This document shows positions 8,331 through 16,965 of a stretch of 64,000 bases of DNA, piece by piece; within the stretch, counting starts at the first letter, position 1, and each line of letters starts with the position of its first letter. The notes under the pieces were generated by a model, which was given only the letters and a program-made list of their open reading frames with translations, was not told where the DNA came from and made no database searches. Made by a program: the position numbers and the translations under genes. The DNA lies in the NCBI GenBank assembly GCA_018262985.1, contig JADFDI010000009.1, positions 11,947-75,946 of the forward strand, written 5' to 3'. Source of the DNA: Spirochaetota bacterium (GTDB lineage Bacteria > Spirochaetota > Spirochaetia > Treponematales > UBA12059).

Positions 8331-8424
8331 CAGGTGAAACTAGGTGCAACTAGGTGAAATTGACAATGATACTAATGCCATGTAGAATAATGAATAAGGG
8401 CATTGTCCGAAACTAGGTGCAACT
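8331..8424 (+). repeat. 10-bp direct repeats, putative integrase arm-type sites
   Basis: CAGGTGAAAC TAGGTGCAAC TAGGTGAAAT (8331-8360) and TAGGTGCAAC (8414-8423); GAAACTAGGTGCAACT occurs twice. Confidence 0.7.
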
Positions 8425-8446
8425 TGATGAAAGCGCTCCCGAGCCA

Positions 8447-8488
8447 CTGTTAACCACTGGGTCTGGTGTTCGAACCACCACGGGGGAG
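8447..8488 (+). tRNA. 3' half of tRNA-Asn(GTT); attR fragment, not a functional tRNA
   Basis: Anticodon loop CTGTTAA, CCACT, variable loop GGGTC, T-arm TGGTG-TTCGAAC-CACCA, acceptor strand CGGGGGA-G; no matching 5' anticodon strand, D-arm or 5' acceptor strand. Confidence 0.85.
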
Positions 8489-8495
8489 CGAAGTG

Positions 8496-8529
8496 AAGGG
8501 CCGTCCGGAAGGACGGCCCTTTTCGTTTT
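8496..8529 (+). terminator. Intrinsic terminator (native tRNA terminator)
   Basis: AAGGGCCGTCC-GGAA-GGACGGCCCTT followed by T runs. Confidence 0.85.
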
Positions 8530-8637
8530 CCCCCGGGCGGCGCGGCGCTCGCAGGTCGCGGCACGGCGCGCGAACCCGTAGTATGATGCCCATGCGTCCC
8601 CGCGCGCGGCGGGGCGGCCCGAGGAGGTAGCGGGGCC

Positions 8638-9288
8638 ATGAGGTACGGGAGCGCCGTCATCCTTTCGGGCGGATCCGGGAGCCGGATGGGAGGCGTCGAC
8701 AAGGGCCTCCTCCCGATAGCCGGGAAAGGGCTCGCTGAGCGCCTGTTCGATGCCCTGTCGCCGCAATTCGGCGAAGTGCTCGTGTCCACGAACCGGCCGG
8801 AGGCCTACGGGCGGCTAGAAGCTTCCTGCGTGCGCGATCGCTACCCCGGCCGGGGCCCCCTCGCGGGCATCCATGCCGCCCTGGAAGCGGCGGCGAGCGA
8901 GTGGGTCTTCGTCATAGCCTGCGACATGCCCGCCTTCTCGAGCGGATACGCCGCCCGCATGAGGGCCGCGATCGACGCGGCCGAGTCGCGGGGAGAGGCG
9001 CCGCTGGCCTGCGTGACCCGTGCCGGGCCCCATGTCGAGCCGTTCCACGCGTTCTACTCCAAGGGCTTGCTGGCGACGCTCGGCCAGGTCCTGGCGGCGT
9101 ACCCGGATGGCGCGGGCAGGGGGGCGGGGGGGCTGTCGATCGCCGGCTTCCTTTCAATACACGAGATCCTCCGCGTTCCGGAGGCCGAGGCGCTCGCGTA
9201 CACGCCTGACTGGGGACTCTTCTCAAACCTGAACACGCCCGAGGACCTGGAACGACGGCTCGGCGTCCCGGTCTCCGAAACCCCCTGA
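8638..9288 (+). CDS. mobA: Molybdenum cofactor guanylyltransferase
   Basis: ILSGGSGSRMGGVDKG, GPLAGI, ACDMP, EPFHAFY and NLNTPEDL motifs. Confidence 0.92.
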   Translation: MRYGSAVILSGGSGSRMGGVDKGLLPIAGKGLAERLFDALSPQFGEVLVSTNRPEAYGRLEASCVRDRYPGRGPLAGIHAALEAAASEWVFVIACDMPAFSSGYAARMRAAIDAAESRGEAPLACVTRAGPHVEPFHAFYSKGLLATLGQVLAAYPDGAGRGAGGLSIAGFLSIHEILRVPEAEALAYTPDWGLFSNLNTPEDLERRLGVPVSETP

Positions 9289-9294
9289 CCGTTT

Positions 9295-9323
9295 TTGACA
9301 AAACCCGGCAATGGGTCTATCGT
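9295..9323 (+). promoter_or_regulatory. Sigma70 promoter of the fdh operon (leaderless)
   Basis: TTGACA-17 bp-TATCGT, 6 nt before ATG 9330; no SD. Confidence 0.7.
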
Positions 9324-9329
9324 GAAGCG

Positions 9330-9797
9330 ATGGAACGGCGCGACAAGCTCCTCTCCTGGCTCCACGAGGCGCAGGAGCGCTCCGGTCGGAACTATCTCGA
9401 CCCGAAGGATCTCGCCGCGGCCGGGAAGCGCTTCGGTCTGACCGGGGCCGAGCTGCGGGGCGTCGCGAGCTACTATTCCATGTACAGCCTGAAGCCCCGC
9501 GGACGCCACCTGATCCGGGTCTGCGATTCTCCCGTCTGCCGCATGCTGGGCTCGGCGGGCGTCCTCGAGGCGCTCGGCGGCGCGCTCGGCATCGACGGCG
9601 AGGGGACGGACGCGGAGGGCCGCTTCACCCTCGAGACCTGCCAATGCCTCGGCCACTGCGCGTCGGCCCCCGTCGTCGCCGTCGACGGAACGGTCCACGC
9701 GGACTCAGGTCCGGACGGGATACGGTCCGTCCTCGCTTCCCTACGCGAGGCGGACGAGTCGTCGTCCACTCTTGGCGGAGGCGGCCGTGGCGACTGA
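9330..9797 (+). CDS. NuoE/FdsG-like [2Fe-2S] subunit
   Basis: CDSPVC...CLGHC motif. Confidence 0.9.
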   Translation: MERRDKLLSWLHEAQERSGRNYLDPKDLAAAGKRFGLTGAELRGVASYYSMYSLKPRGRHLIRVCDSPVCRMLGSAGVLEALGGALGIDGEGTDAEGRFTLETCQCLGHCASAPVVAVDGTVHADSGPDGIRSVLASLREADESSSTLGGGGRGD

Positions 9798-11034
9798 ACG
9801 TCGCATAGCGCTCCGCCACCTCGACTCAGGCGATCCCCTCGACATCGACGCCTACGTCGCCCGCGGCGGGTTCGAGGGCTTCCGCAAGGCGCTCGCCATG
9901 GATCCCGGGACCCTGCTGGGCGAGATCGAGCGCTCGGCCCTGAGGGGCCGCGGCGGGGCCGGCTTCCCCGCCGGCCTCAAGGAGAAATCGACGCGGGCCT
10001 CCTGCGAGGACTGCGAGCGCTTCGTGGTCTGCAACGCCGACGAAGGCGAACCCGGCACCTTCAAGGACCGGATCATCATGGAGGGGGAGCCCTTCCTCCT
10101 CGTCGAGGGCATGCTCATCTCCGCCCTGGCCATCGGCTCCTCCTACGGGTACCTCTACATACGCGGGGAATACGGCCTCGCCATCGAGCGCATGGCGAAG
10201 GCGATGGAGACGGCCCGGGCGAGGGGCTTCCTCGGCGACGGGCTCTTCGGCGGCCGCTTCTCCTTCGACTTCGAGATCCGGAAAGGCGCGGGCTCCTATC
10301 TCTGCGGCGAAGAGCTGACCCTCATCGAGTCGCTCGAGGGCAAGCGCGGCTACCCGCGCGTCAAGCCGCCCTTCCCGGCCGAAAAGGGCCTGTGGGGAAA
10401 GCCGACCCTGGTGAACAACGTCGAGACCATGGCGAACCTGCCGTGGATCGCGGAGCACGGCGCCGACGCGTACCTGGCCATGGGAAGCGCCGGCTCCCCG
10501 GGGACGAAGATCTTCTGCTTCTCGGGCGACGTCGAACGGCCGGGCTTCGCCGAGCTCGAGATGGGCCTGCCGCTCCGAACCCTGATCGAGGATTTCGCCG
10601 GCGGCGTGAAGGGCGGGGGCGAGCCCCTCGCCGTGCTCCTGGGCGGCGCGGCCGGCACCTTCGTCTCGGGCGGCATGCTCGACCTGGCCATGGACTACGA
10701 CGCCCTCAAAGCATCGGGCGCCACCCTGGGGTCCGGCGCGGTCATCGTCATGGGCAGGAACCGGTCCCTTCCCGACATGCTCATCTCCCTCATGGACTTT
10801 TTCGCCCACGAATCCTGCGGCAAGTGCGTGCCGTGCCGCGTCGGCACGACCCGCCTCGCGAGGGCCGCGAAGGCTCTGGCGGCCCTCGACGGCGCGGACC
10901 GGCCGGACGCGCTCGAAGCCATGGTGGCCGAGGCGGAGCTGATGGCGAAGACCTCGCTCTGTCCTTTGGGCCAGTCGCCCGTATTACCCCTGAAGAGCGC
11001 CCTGAGGAACCTTCGGGGGCCGCTCCAGGGGTAG
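9787..11034 (+). CDS. NuoF/FdsB-like NADH/FMN-binding subunit
   Basis: GRGGAGFP, NADEGEPGTFKDR, YLCGEE, ESCGKCVPCR...C; GTG after GGAGG. Confidence 0.92.
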   Translation: MATERRIALRHLDSGDPLDIDAYVARGGFEGFRKALAMDPGTLLGEIERSALRGRGGAGFPAGLKEKSTRASCEDCERFVVCNADEGEPGTFKDRIIMEGEPFLLVEGMLISALAIGSSYGYLYIRGEYGLAIERMAKAMETARARGFLGDGLFGGRFSFDFEIRKGAGSYLCGEELTLIESLEGKRGYPRVKPPFPAEKGLWGKPTLVNNVETMANLPWIAEHGADAYLAMGSAGSPGTKIFCFSGDVERPGFAELEMGLPLRTLIEDFAGGVKGGGEPLAVLLGGAAGTFVSGGMLDLAMDYDALKASGATLGSGAVIVMGRNRSLPDMLISLMDFFAHESCGKCVPCRVGTTRLARAAKALAALDGADRPDALEAMVAEAELMAKTSLCPLGQSPVLPLKSALRNLRGPLQG

Positions 11035-11036
11035 CC

Positions 11037-13784
11037 ATGGCCGAAGCGCGGACGGTGGAGCTCACGATCGACGGGAAGGCGGTGCGCGCGCGGGAGGGAG
11101 CCCTGCTGCTCCCGGTCGCCCGCGAGGCCGGGTTCGACATCCCGAGCCTTTGCTGGCACCGGAAGCTCACGCCGACCGGCGCCTGCCGGCTCTGCGTCGT
11201 GAAGGTGGCGGGGGCGAGGGGCTTCGTCACCGCGTGCTCGACGGCGGTGCGCGAGGGCATGGCGGTTACGGCCTTCGACGAAGAGCTCGAGGCCGCCCGC
11301 CGCTTCGTCCTCGAATGCCTCGCCGCGGAGGTCCGCTTCGGATCCGACGGCTCGCACCGGGACGAGTTCGAGGAGCTCGCGGAGCGCTACGCTCTCGCGA
11401 AGCCGGAGGAAAGGACCATGGCCCCGCTCGGCCTGGGCTTCCCCCCCGTCGACGAATCCTCGCCCGTCCTGTCCTTCGACGCCTCGCGTTGCGTGAAGTG
11501 CTTCCGCTGCGTCAAGGCCTGCGCGGAGGTGCAGGGCAAGGGCGTGCTGTCCTTCGTCGAGCGGGGCATCCATTCCCGCATATCCGCGGGAAGCGGCGCC
11601 TGGGGCGCCTCCGAATGCGATGCCTGCGGCGAGTGCGCGCAACTCTGCCCGACGGGCGCCATCGTGGAGAAGGCGAACCGGGCGGCTTTCAAGGCCATCG
11701 GGAATCCGCGGGATCTCAGGCACGTGACGAGCACCTGCCCCTACTGCGGCGTCGGCTGCCAGCTCGACCTGAGCGTCCACGGGGGAAGGATACTGCGCTC
11801 GGACGGCGTGGAGGGGGTTTCGCCGAACGACGGGCGCCTCTGCGTGAAGGGGCGCTTCGGCCTCGATTTCGTGGGCCACCCCGAACGGCTCACCGTACCG
11901 CTCGTCAAGGAAGGGGGCGCCTTCCGCGAGGCGGGCTGGGACGAGGCCCTGGCCCTGGCGGCCGAGGGCTTCCTCCGGATCAAGCGGGAACACGGTCCCG
12001 GCGCCCTGGCCGGCTATTCGTCGGCGAAATGCACCAACGAGGAGAACTACCTCTTCCACAAGCTCGTCAGGGTCGCCTTCGGGACCAACAACGTCGACTA
12101 CTGCACCCGCCTCTGCCACGCGTCCACGGTGACCGCGATGCTCAAGGCCTACGGCGACGGCGCCGGCTCCAATTCCATCGAGGATTTCGGGACGACCGAC
12201 TGCCTCTTCGTCGTCGGGAACAACACGGTCGAGACCCACCCCGTCACCGCCACCTACATGAAGGCCGGCAAGGCGAGGGGGGCGAGCCTCGTCGTCATGG
12301 ATCCGAAGTGGACGCCCCTGGCCGACTTCGCGGACGTCTGGCTCCGGCCCCGGCTCGGGACCGACGTGGCGGTGCTCAACGGCATGGCCCGCATCGTCAT
12401 CCGGGAAGGCCTGGTCGACCGGCGCTTCGTCGGGACGCGGGTCTACGGCGGCCTGTCCGCGCTCGCGGAGCTGGAAGCCGCCGTCGAGCCCTACGACGGG
12501 AAGAAGGTGTTCGAGATCTCCGGCGTCCCGGAGGACGCGCTCCGCAAGGCGACCTTGCTCTACGCGGGAGCGCCGACCGCGATCATCGCCACGGGCATGG
12601 GGATGAGCCAGCAGACCGTCGGCACGCACAACGTCTTCGCCCTGATCAACCTCGCGCTCATTACCGGCCAGATCGGCAAGCCTGGAGCCGGGATCGATCC
12701 GCCCCGGGGCCAGAACAACGTGCAGGGCGCCACGGATTCAGGCGCGTCGCCCATCTACCTGCCCGGCTACCAGCCCCTGGCCGACGAGGCGAACCGCCGG
12801 CGCATGGCGGAGCTCTGGGGCCTGCCCTTCGAGGAGCTGCCCGCGGAGAAAGGCTTGACTACGGTCGAGATCATGAAGGCCGCCGGCGAGGGCCTCGTGA
12901 AGGGCATGCTGATCATGGGCGAAAACCCCATGCACACGGACCCCGACCTTGGCCATGTCGAGGAGGCCATGGAGCGCCTCGAGTTCCTCGTCGTCCAGGA
13001 CATCTTCCTCACCGCCACCGCCTTGAAGGCCGACGTCGTCCTCCCCTCCGCCTGCTTCGCGGAAAAGGACGGCACCTTCGTCAACTCCGACCGCCGCGTC
13101 CTGCGCGTTCGGAAGGCGGTCGAGCCCCCGGGCCGGGCGAGGGAGGATCTCCGGATATTGCTCGAGCTGGCCGAGCGCATGGGGCGGCCCATCGGTACCT
13201 ATCCGGACGCCTCGGCAGTCTGGGACGAGCTCTCCGCCGCCGCGCCGATCTTCGGCGGCATCGACTACGCGAGGCTCGAGGGCGGCGGCGTCCAATGGCC
13301 GTGCCCCACCAAGGAGCATCCCGGCACGCCGACGCTCTTCCTCGAACGGTTCAACACCCGGGACGGACTCGCGCGGCTCAACCCCGTCGGCTACGAAGCC
13401 CAGTCCGAGCGGCCCGACGCGGAGTATCCCTTCGTGCTGAATTCCGGTCGCATCCTCTATCAATACCACTCGTCGACCATGAGCGCCCGCAGCGTCCCCC
13501 TCGTCGAGCTCGCGAAAGAGTCCTACGTCCTCGTGAACCCGCGCGACGCCGAGTGCGAGGGCTTCGCGACGGGAACCCGGGTCGAGCTGCGCTCGCGCAG
13601 GGGCCGGCTCGAGACGACGGTGCGGGTGGGCGATGAGGTCGCCGAGGGGGAGCTCTTCATGCCCTTCCATTTCGGCGACGCCCTGGTCAACCGGCTGACG
13701 AGGGACGAGCTGGATCCCTACTCCCGTATCCCGCCCTTCAAGTACACCGCCTGCGCGGTGCGGCGCGCGGCGGATCGGGACTGA
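11037..13784 (+). CDS. fdhF: Formate dehydrogenase alpha subunit (Mo/W-bisPGD, Cys ligand)
   Basis: N-terminal FeS motifs, TCPYCGVGC, CTRLCHAS and RGQNNVQG. Confidence 0.93.
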   Translation: MAEARTVELTIDGKAVRAREGALLLPVAREAGFDIPSLCWHRKLTPTGACRLCVVKVAGARGFVTACSTAVREGMAVTAFDEELEAARRFVLECLAAEVRFGSDGSHRDEFEELAERYALAKPEERTMAPLGLGFPPVDESSPVLSFDASRCVKCFRCVKACAEVQGKGVLSFVERGIHSRISAGSGAWGASECDACGECAQLCPTGAIVEKANRAAFKAIGNPRDLRHVTSTCPYCGVGCQLDLSVHGGRILRSDGVEGVSPNDGRLCVKGRFGLDFVGHPERLTVPLVKEGGAFREAGWDEALALAAEGFLRIKREHGPGALAGYSSAKCTNEENYLFHKLVRVAFGTNNVDYCTRLCHASTVTAMLKAYGDGAGSNSIEDFGTTDCLFVVGNNTVETHPVTATYMKAGKARGASLVVMDPKWTPLADFADVWLRPRLGTDVAVLNGMARIVIREGLVDRRFVGTRVYGGLSALAELEAAVEPYDGKKVFEISGVPEDALRKATLLYAGAPTAIIATGMGMSQQTVGTHNVFALINLALITGQIGKPGAGIDPPRGQNNVQGATDSGASPIYLPGYQPLADEANRRRMAELWGLPFEELPAEKGLTTVEIMKAAGEGLVKGMLIMGENPMHTDPDLGHVEEAMERLEFLVVQDIFLTATALKADVVLPSACFAEKDGTFVNSDRRVLRVRKAVEPPGRAREDLRILLELAERMGRPIGTYPDASAVWDELSAAAPIFGGIDYARLEGGGVQWPCPTKEHPGTPTLFLERFNTRDGLARLNPVGYEAQSERPDAEYPFVLNSGRILYQYHSSTMSARSVPLVELAKESYVLVNPRDAECEGFATGTRVELRSRRGRLETTVRVGDEVAEGELFMPFHFGDALVNRLTRDELDPYSRIPPFKYTACAVRRAADRD

Positions 13785-13972
13785 GGTCTCCGGCGGCTTT
13801 CAGGTCGCGGCTTGTCCACCCGCCGAGCCGCTGCGCGCGGCGTTGCTTGAGCCCCTTGTTCCGCTCGCGCGGGACCTTGGAGCCGCGGGCGGATGCGCTA
13901 TATTCCATCCATGATCCCGGCGCGGCATATCGGGCGAGCGACGCCGTTCCGCGCGACCCGCAGGAGGGCTCA

Positions 13973-14710
13973 ATGAACGCACCGCGACTCCTGTTCCGCG
14001 CCGCCGCGCTCGCGCTCGCCGTCGGAACGCTCGGCGCCCAGGCCATCGTGGTCGGCGGTTTTCCCAACGTGAGGCCCTACGCCATCGTGGTACGCGAGGA
14101 AGGCAAGCCCGAGCGGATCACGGGCGGGCTCGTCGTGGAGCTCGTGGACGAGGTGGCGCGCCGCACCGGCCTCGAGTTCACCTACTCGTTCCCGCCGCGG
14201 AAGCGCATGGACCTCGAGATCGCCGAGGGCCGCCTCGACCTCGTGGCCATGGCCAATCCCGCCTGGCTCGCCCGGCCCGAGCTCATGGAGTGGACTTCGA
14301 TCGTGTTCGGCGAACGGATGGTCTTCGTCTCGAGGGCCGACTCGCGGACGACGATCAGGGGACCCGCGGATCTCAAGGGCCTCCGCGTCGGCATGAACAC
14401 CGGCTACACCTATCCGGAGTTCGCCGGCGATCCGCCGTTCATCCGCGACGACGCCGCCACCGTGGCCCGCAACATCGAGCGGCTCGCGGCCGGCTGGATC
14501 GACGTGGTCTACGGCGGGGAATTCGACGTGAGGAACCACCTCGGGAGCGACGCCGCCCGCTACCTGATCCATCCCTGGTCGCCAGCCTCCTCCGCCTACC
14601 AATGGGCCATCGCGAAGCGGCTCGGCGAGCGCGGCGTCCTGGTGTCGAAGACCGTCGAGGCCATGGTCAAGGACGGGACGGTCGAGCGCATACTTTCCAG
14701 ATACCGATGA
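13973..14710 (+). CDS. Family-3 substrate-binding periplasmic protein (orphan)
   Basis: Signal peptide; DLKGLRVG, GYTY and MVKDGTVERILSRY; AGGAGG RBS. Confidence 0.8.
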   Translation: MNAPRLLFRAAALALAVGTLGAQAIVVGGFPNVRPYAIVVREEGKPERITGGLVVELVDEVARRTGLEFTYSFPPRKRMDLEIAEGRLDLVAMANPAWLARPELMEWTSIVFGERMVFVSRADSRTTIRGPADLKGLRVGMNTGYTYPEFAGDPPFIRDDAATVARNIERLAAGWIDVVYGGEFDVRNHLGSDAARYLIHPWSPASSAYQWAIAKRLGERGVLVSKTVEAMVKDGTVERILSRYR

Positions 14711-14756
14711 AGGGGACGGAACCCCTCTCGCGGGCTTCATCGCGGACGGTGCCGTC

Positions 14757-15596
14757 TTGACGGCGCGCGAGCTGCTCGTCGAGCGCGAGAAGGAGCTGGC
14801 CTGCATCCACGCCATCTGCCTGCTCGCCGCCGAGGCGCCGGAACCAGACGCGGCGGCCGCAGGCATCGCCCGCGCGCTGCGCCGGGCGACCCGGCATCCC
14901 GATTCCGCCTCGTGCGCCGTGGAATTCGTCAGTGCCGCCGGCGTCCGGCACGCCGCGCTCGAAGGCGCGCCTTCCGGCGGGTCCCTTCCCTTCGCCCGGC
15001 TCGAGGCCGGGCTGCCCGACGATCCGGGTCTGGGCTGGACGGGCGGTATCCGGCTCGGCTACCTCGAGCCGGACCTCGTCTTCCTGCCCCAGGAAAAGGC
15101 CCTGCTCGACTCGGTGCTGGCGGTGAGCGCCTCCATGCTCCGGACCTCCGACCTCATAGCGCGCCTCCGCGCGGCGTCGAAGGACCTCGAATCCAAGAAC
15201 GCCGCGCTCCGGGAGATACTCTCCATGCTCGAAGAGGAGCGCCGGGCGGTCGCCGAAGCGTTCAGGCGGCGCCTCTCGGCCGAGCTCCTGCCGCTCGCCG
15301 AGCGCGCCCGCGACCTTTCGCTGTCCGAGGAGCGCCGCTCGGAGTACCTCGGGATCCTCGTCGCGGAGCTCGCCCGCGATTCGGACGGTTCGGCCGGCGC
15401 GGCGGATCCGGCCTTGAGCCCGCGGGAGCGCGAGATAGCGGTGCAGGTGAGGAACGGCAGGACCAGCAAGGAGATCGCCGCCTTGCTCGGCATCGCCGAG
15501 GCCACCGTGGAGCGCCACCGCCACAACATCCGGCGCAAGTTGCGCGTGCGGGAACGCGGCGCGAACCTCGCCGGGCTACTCGCCGCCGGAACCTGA
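14757..15596 (+). CDS. LuxR-family HTH regulator with N-terminal GAF-like domain
   Basis: LSPREREIA...GRTSKEIA...TVERHRHNIRRKL. Confidence 0.88.
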   Translation: MTARELLVEREKELACIHAICLLAAEAPEPDAAAAGIARALRRATRHPDSASCAVEFVSAAGVRHAALEGAPSGGSLPFARLEAGLPDDPGLGWTGGIRLGYLEPDLVFLPQEKALLDSVLAVSASMLRTSDLIARLRAASKDLESKNAALREILSMLEEERRAVAEAFRRRLSAELLPLAERARDLSLSEERRSEYLGILVAELARDSDGSAGAADPALSPREREIAVQVRNGRTSKEIAALLGIAEATVERHRHNIRRKLRVRERGANLAGLLAAGT

Positions 15597-15683
15597 TCGA
15601 GCTGATCGCCGGCCCGGCGGAAGATCGGGCGGAGGATGGGGCGCCCCCGCGTCCTTGCGCACATCCGGCTCTGGCTTCACCTG

Positions 15684-15705
15684 ACATGTAGTCGGATATA
15701 CATGT
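15684..15705. promoter_or_regulatory. Palindromic putative operator
   Basis: ACATGTA-N8-TACATGT in an AT-rich intergenic patch. Confidence 0.45.
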
Positions 15706-15789
15706 TTCGTACAAGTAAACTGGGAGTGGTTCCTCCCCGCGTTTGCCGTCATGGTCGGGTGCCGGACGACGGTGCGGGGGGAGGGGGCG

Positions 15790-16965
15790 ATGGAAGCGGC
15801 GGGCGCGTGCCCGGTCGGAAGGGATCGGAACCACGGATACTCACGGTCGTCGCGGCGCGCCGCGACGGGCCGCGACGACTCGGGCGCGGAGGGGCTCCCC
15901 GGTCGGGCCGGCGGCATCCGCGGGATCGGGGGAGGCGAGGCGCGCCTCGCGATCCCCGTGCGCGGGGCGGCGCCTTCCGGCCTCTACTCCCATCCGGCCT
16001 GGGTGGCGTGGAAGGAGCGGCGCGGCTGGCGGGCCCTCGACGCCGGCATCGGCGTACCGGTGCTCGCGCGCCAGCTCGGCGAGGGAATTTCGATGGCCCA
16101 GGTCGTCGCGCCCTTCGCGTCCGGCGCCGCCCCCGACCGCGGGGAGGAGCGCGGCGCCGCCCTCGAGGAGCTATCGCTCGAGGCGGCGCGTCGCGTCGGC
16201 CCCGACTGCGCCTTCATCCGCTGGGACCTCATGGCGCCCGCCTGGACCGACGACTCCGGCTTCCCGCTCGCCGCCTGGGTGGAGGAGCTCCGCATGAACG
16301 CCCCGACCCGCCACCGCGCCCTCAGGAAGGCCGGCCGGGAGGGGACGGCGCTCGACACCATGGTGGTCGACCTTTCGGGCGGCCCCGACGCGGTCCGCTC
16401 GCGCATGGAGCCGCGCGCCCGCCACTCGGTCGCGGCGGCCGCGCGACGCGGCACCCTCGTGCGGAGGCTCGGAACCGGCGGGCTCGGGCGCTTCCACGCG
16501 CTCTACCGCGAGACCGCGGCGCGCCGCGGCTTCGAGGCCCATCCGGAGGAAGCCTTCGCCTCGCTGTTCGAGGAGGCGCGGCGGCACGATCTCGCCCTCG
16601 AGCTCTACCTGGCGGAGTCGGGCGGCGCTGACGCGGCCGCGGCGGTCTTCGCGCGCCACGGCGGGGAAGCCTGGTACCTTTTCGCCGCCTCGTCGCTCGA
16701 GCTCCGCGAGGCGAACGGCCCGAGCGCCATCCTCGACCGGGCGCTCGCGGACGCCTCGGAAGCCGGCGCCGCGCGCATGGACCTGCTCGGCGTGGCGCCG
16801 GAAGGCGCGCGTTCGCACCCCCTCGCGGGACTATCCCGCTTCAAGGCCTCGTTCGGAGGCGCCCGGATGCGGAGGGCGGGCGCGTGGGACTGGGTGCTCG
16901 ACCACGACGCGTACTGGCGCTGGTCCCAGTTCGAGGCCTCGCCGGCCGCGCCTAGCGCCCCCTGA
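15790..16965 (+). CDS. FemABX-like peptidoglycan bridge aminoacyltransferase (GNAT)
   Basis: TMVVDL, ETAARRGF, AWYLFAAS and GLSRFKASFGG motifs. Confidence 0.8.
   Translation: MEAAGACPVGRDRNHGYSRSSRRAATGRDDSGAEGLPGRAGGIRGIGGGEARLAIPVRGAAPSGLYSHPAWVAWKERRGWRALDAGIGVPVLARQLGEGISMAQVVAPFASGAAPDRGEERGAALEELSLEAARRVGPDCAFIRWDLMAPAWTDDSGFPLAAWVEELRMNAPTRHRALRKAGREGTALDTMVVDLSGGPDAVRSRMEPRARHSVAAAARRGTLVRRLGTGGLGRFHALYRETAARRGFEAHPEEAFASLFEEARRHDLALELYLAESGGADAAAAVFARHGGEAWYLFAASSLELREANGPSAILDRALADASEAGAARMDLLGVAPEGARSHPLAGLSRFKASFGGARMRRAGAWDWVLDHDAYWRWSQFEASPAAPSAP

Larger units (their letters stand above)
1..8488. mobile_element. Right portion of an integrative element/genomic island inserted in tRNA-Asn(GTT)
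   Basis: Visibly more AT-rich than the sequence after ~8530; defence and resistance cargo plus gene relics; ends at a 3'-half tRNA-Asn (attR) with nearby direct repeats. Integrase and attL are not in the window. Confidence 0.85.

Noticed and set aside
8420-8490. Complete tRNA-Asn, or tRNA-Sec next to fdh
   Set aside because: Only the 3' half folds; there is no D-arm or 5' acceptor strand, the anticodon is GTT, and there is no long variable arm.
9330-11034. Respiratory complex I (nuo) operon
   Set aside because: Only E- and F-like subunits are present, coupled to a molybdopterin FDH; no membrane subunits.
12105-12125. Selenocysteine recoding in FdhF
   Set aside because: The ligand codon is TGC (Cys) and there is no in-frame TGA.
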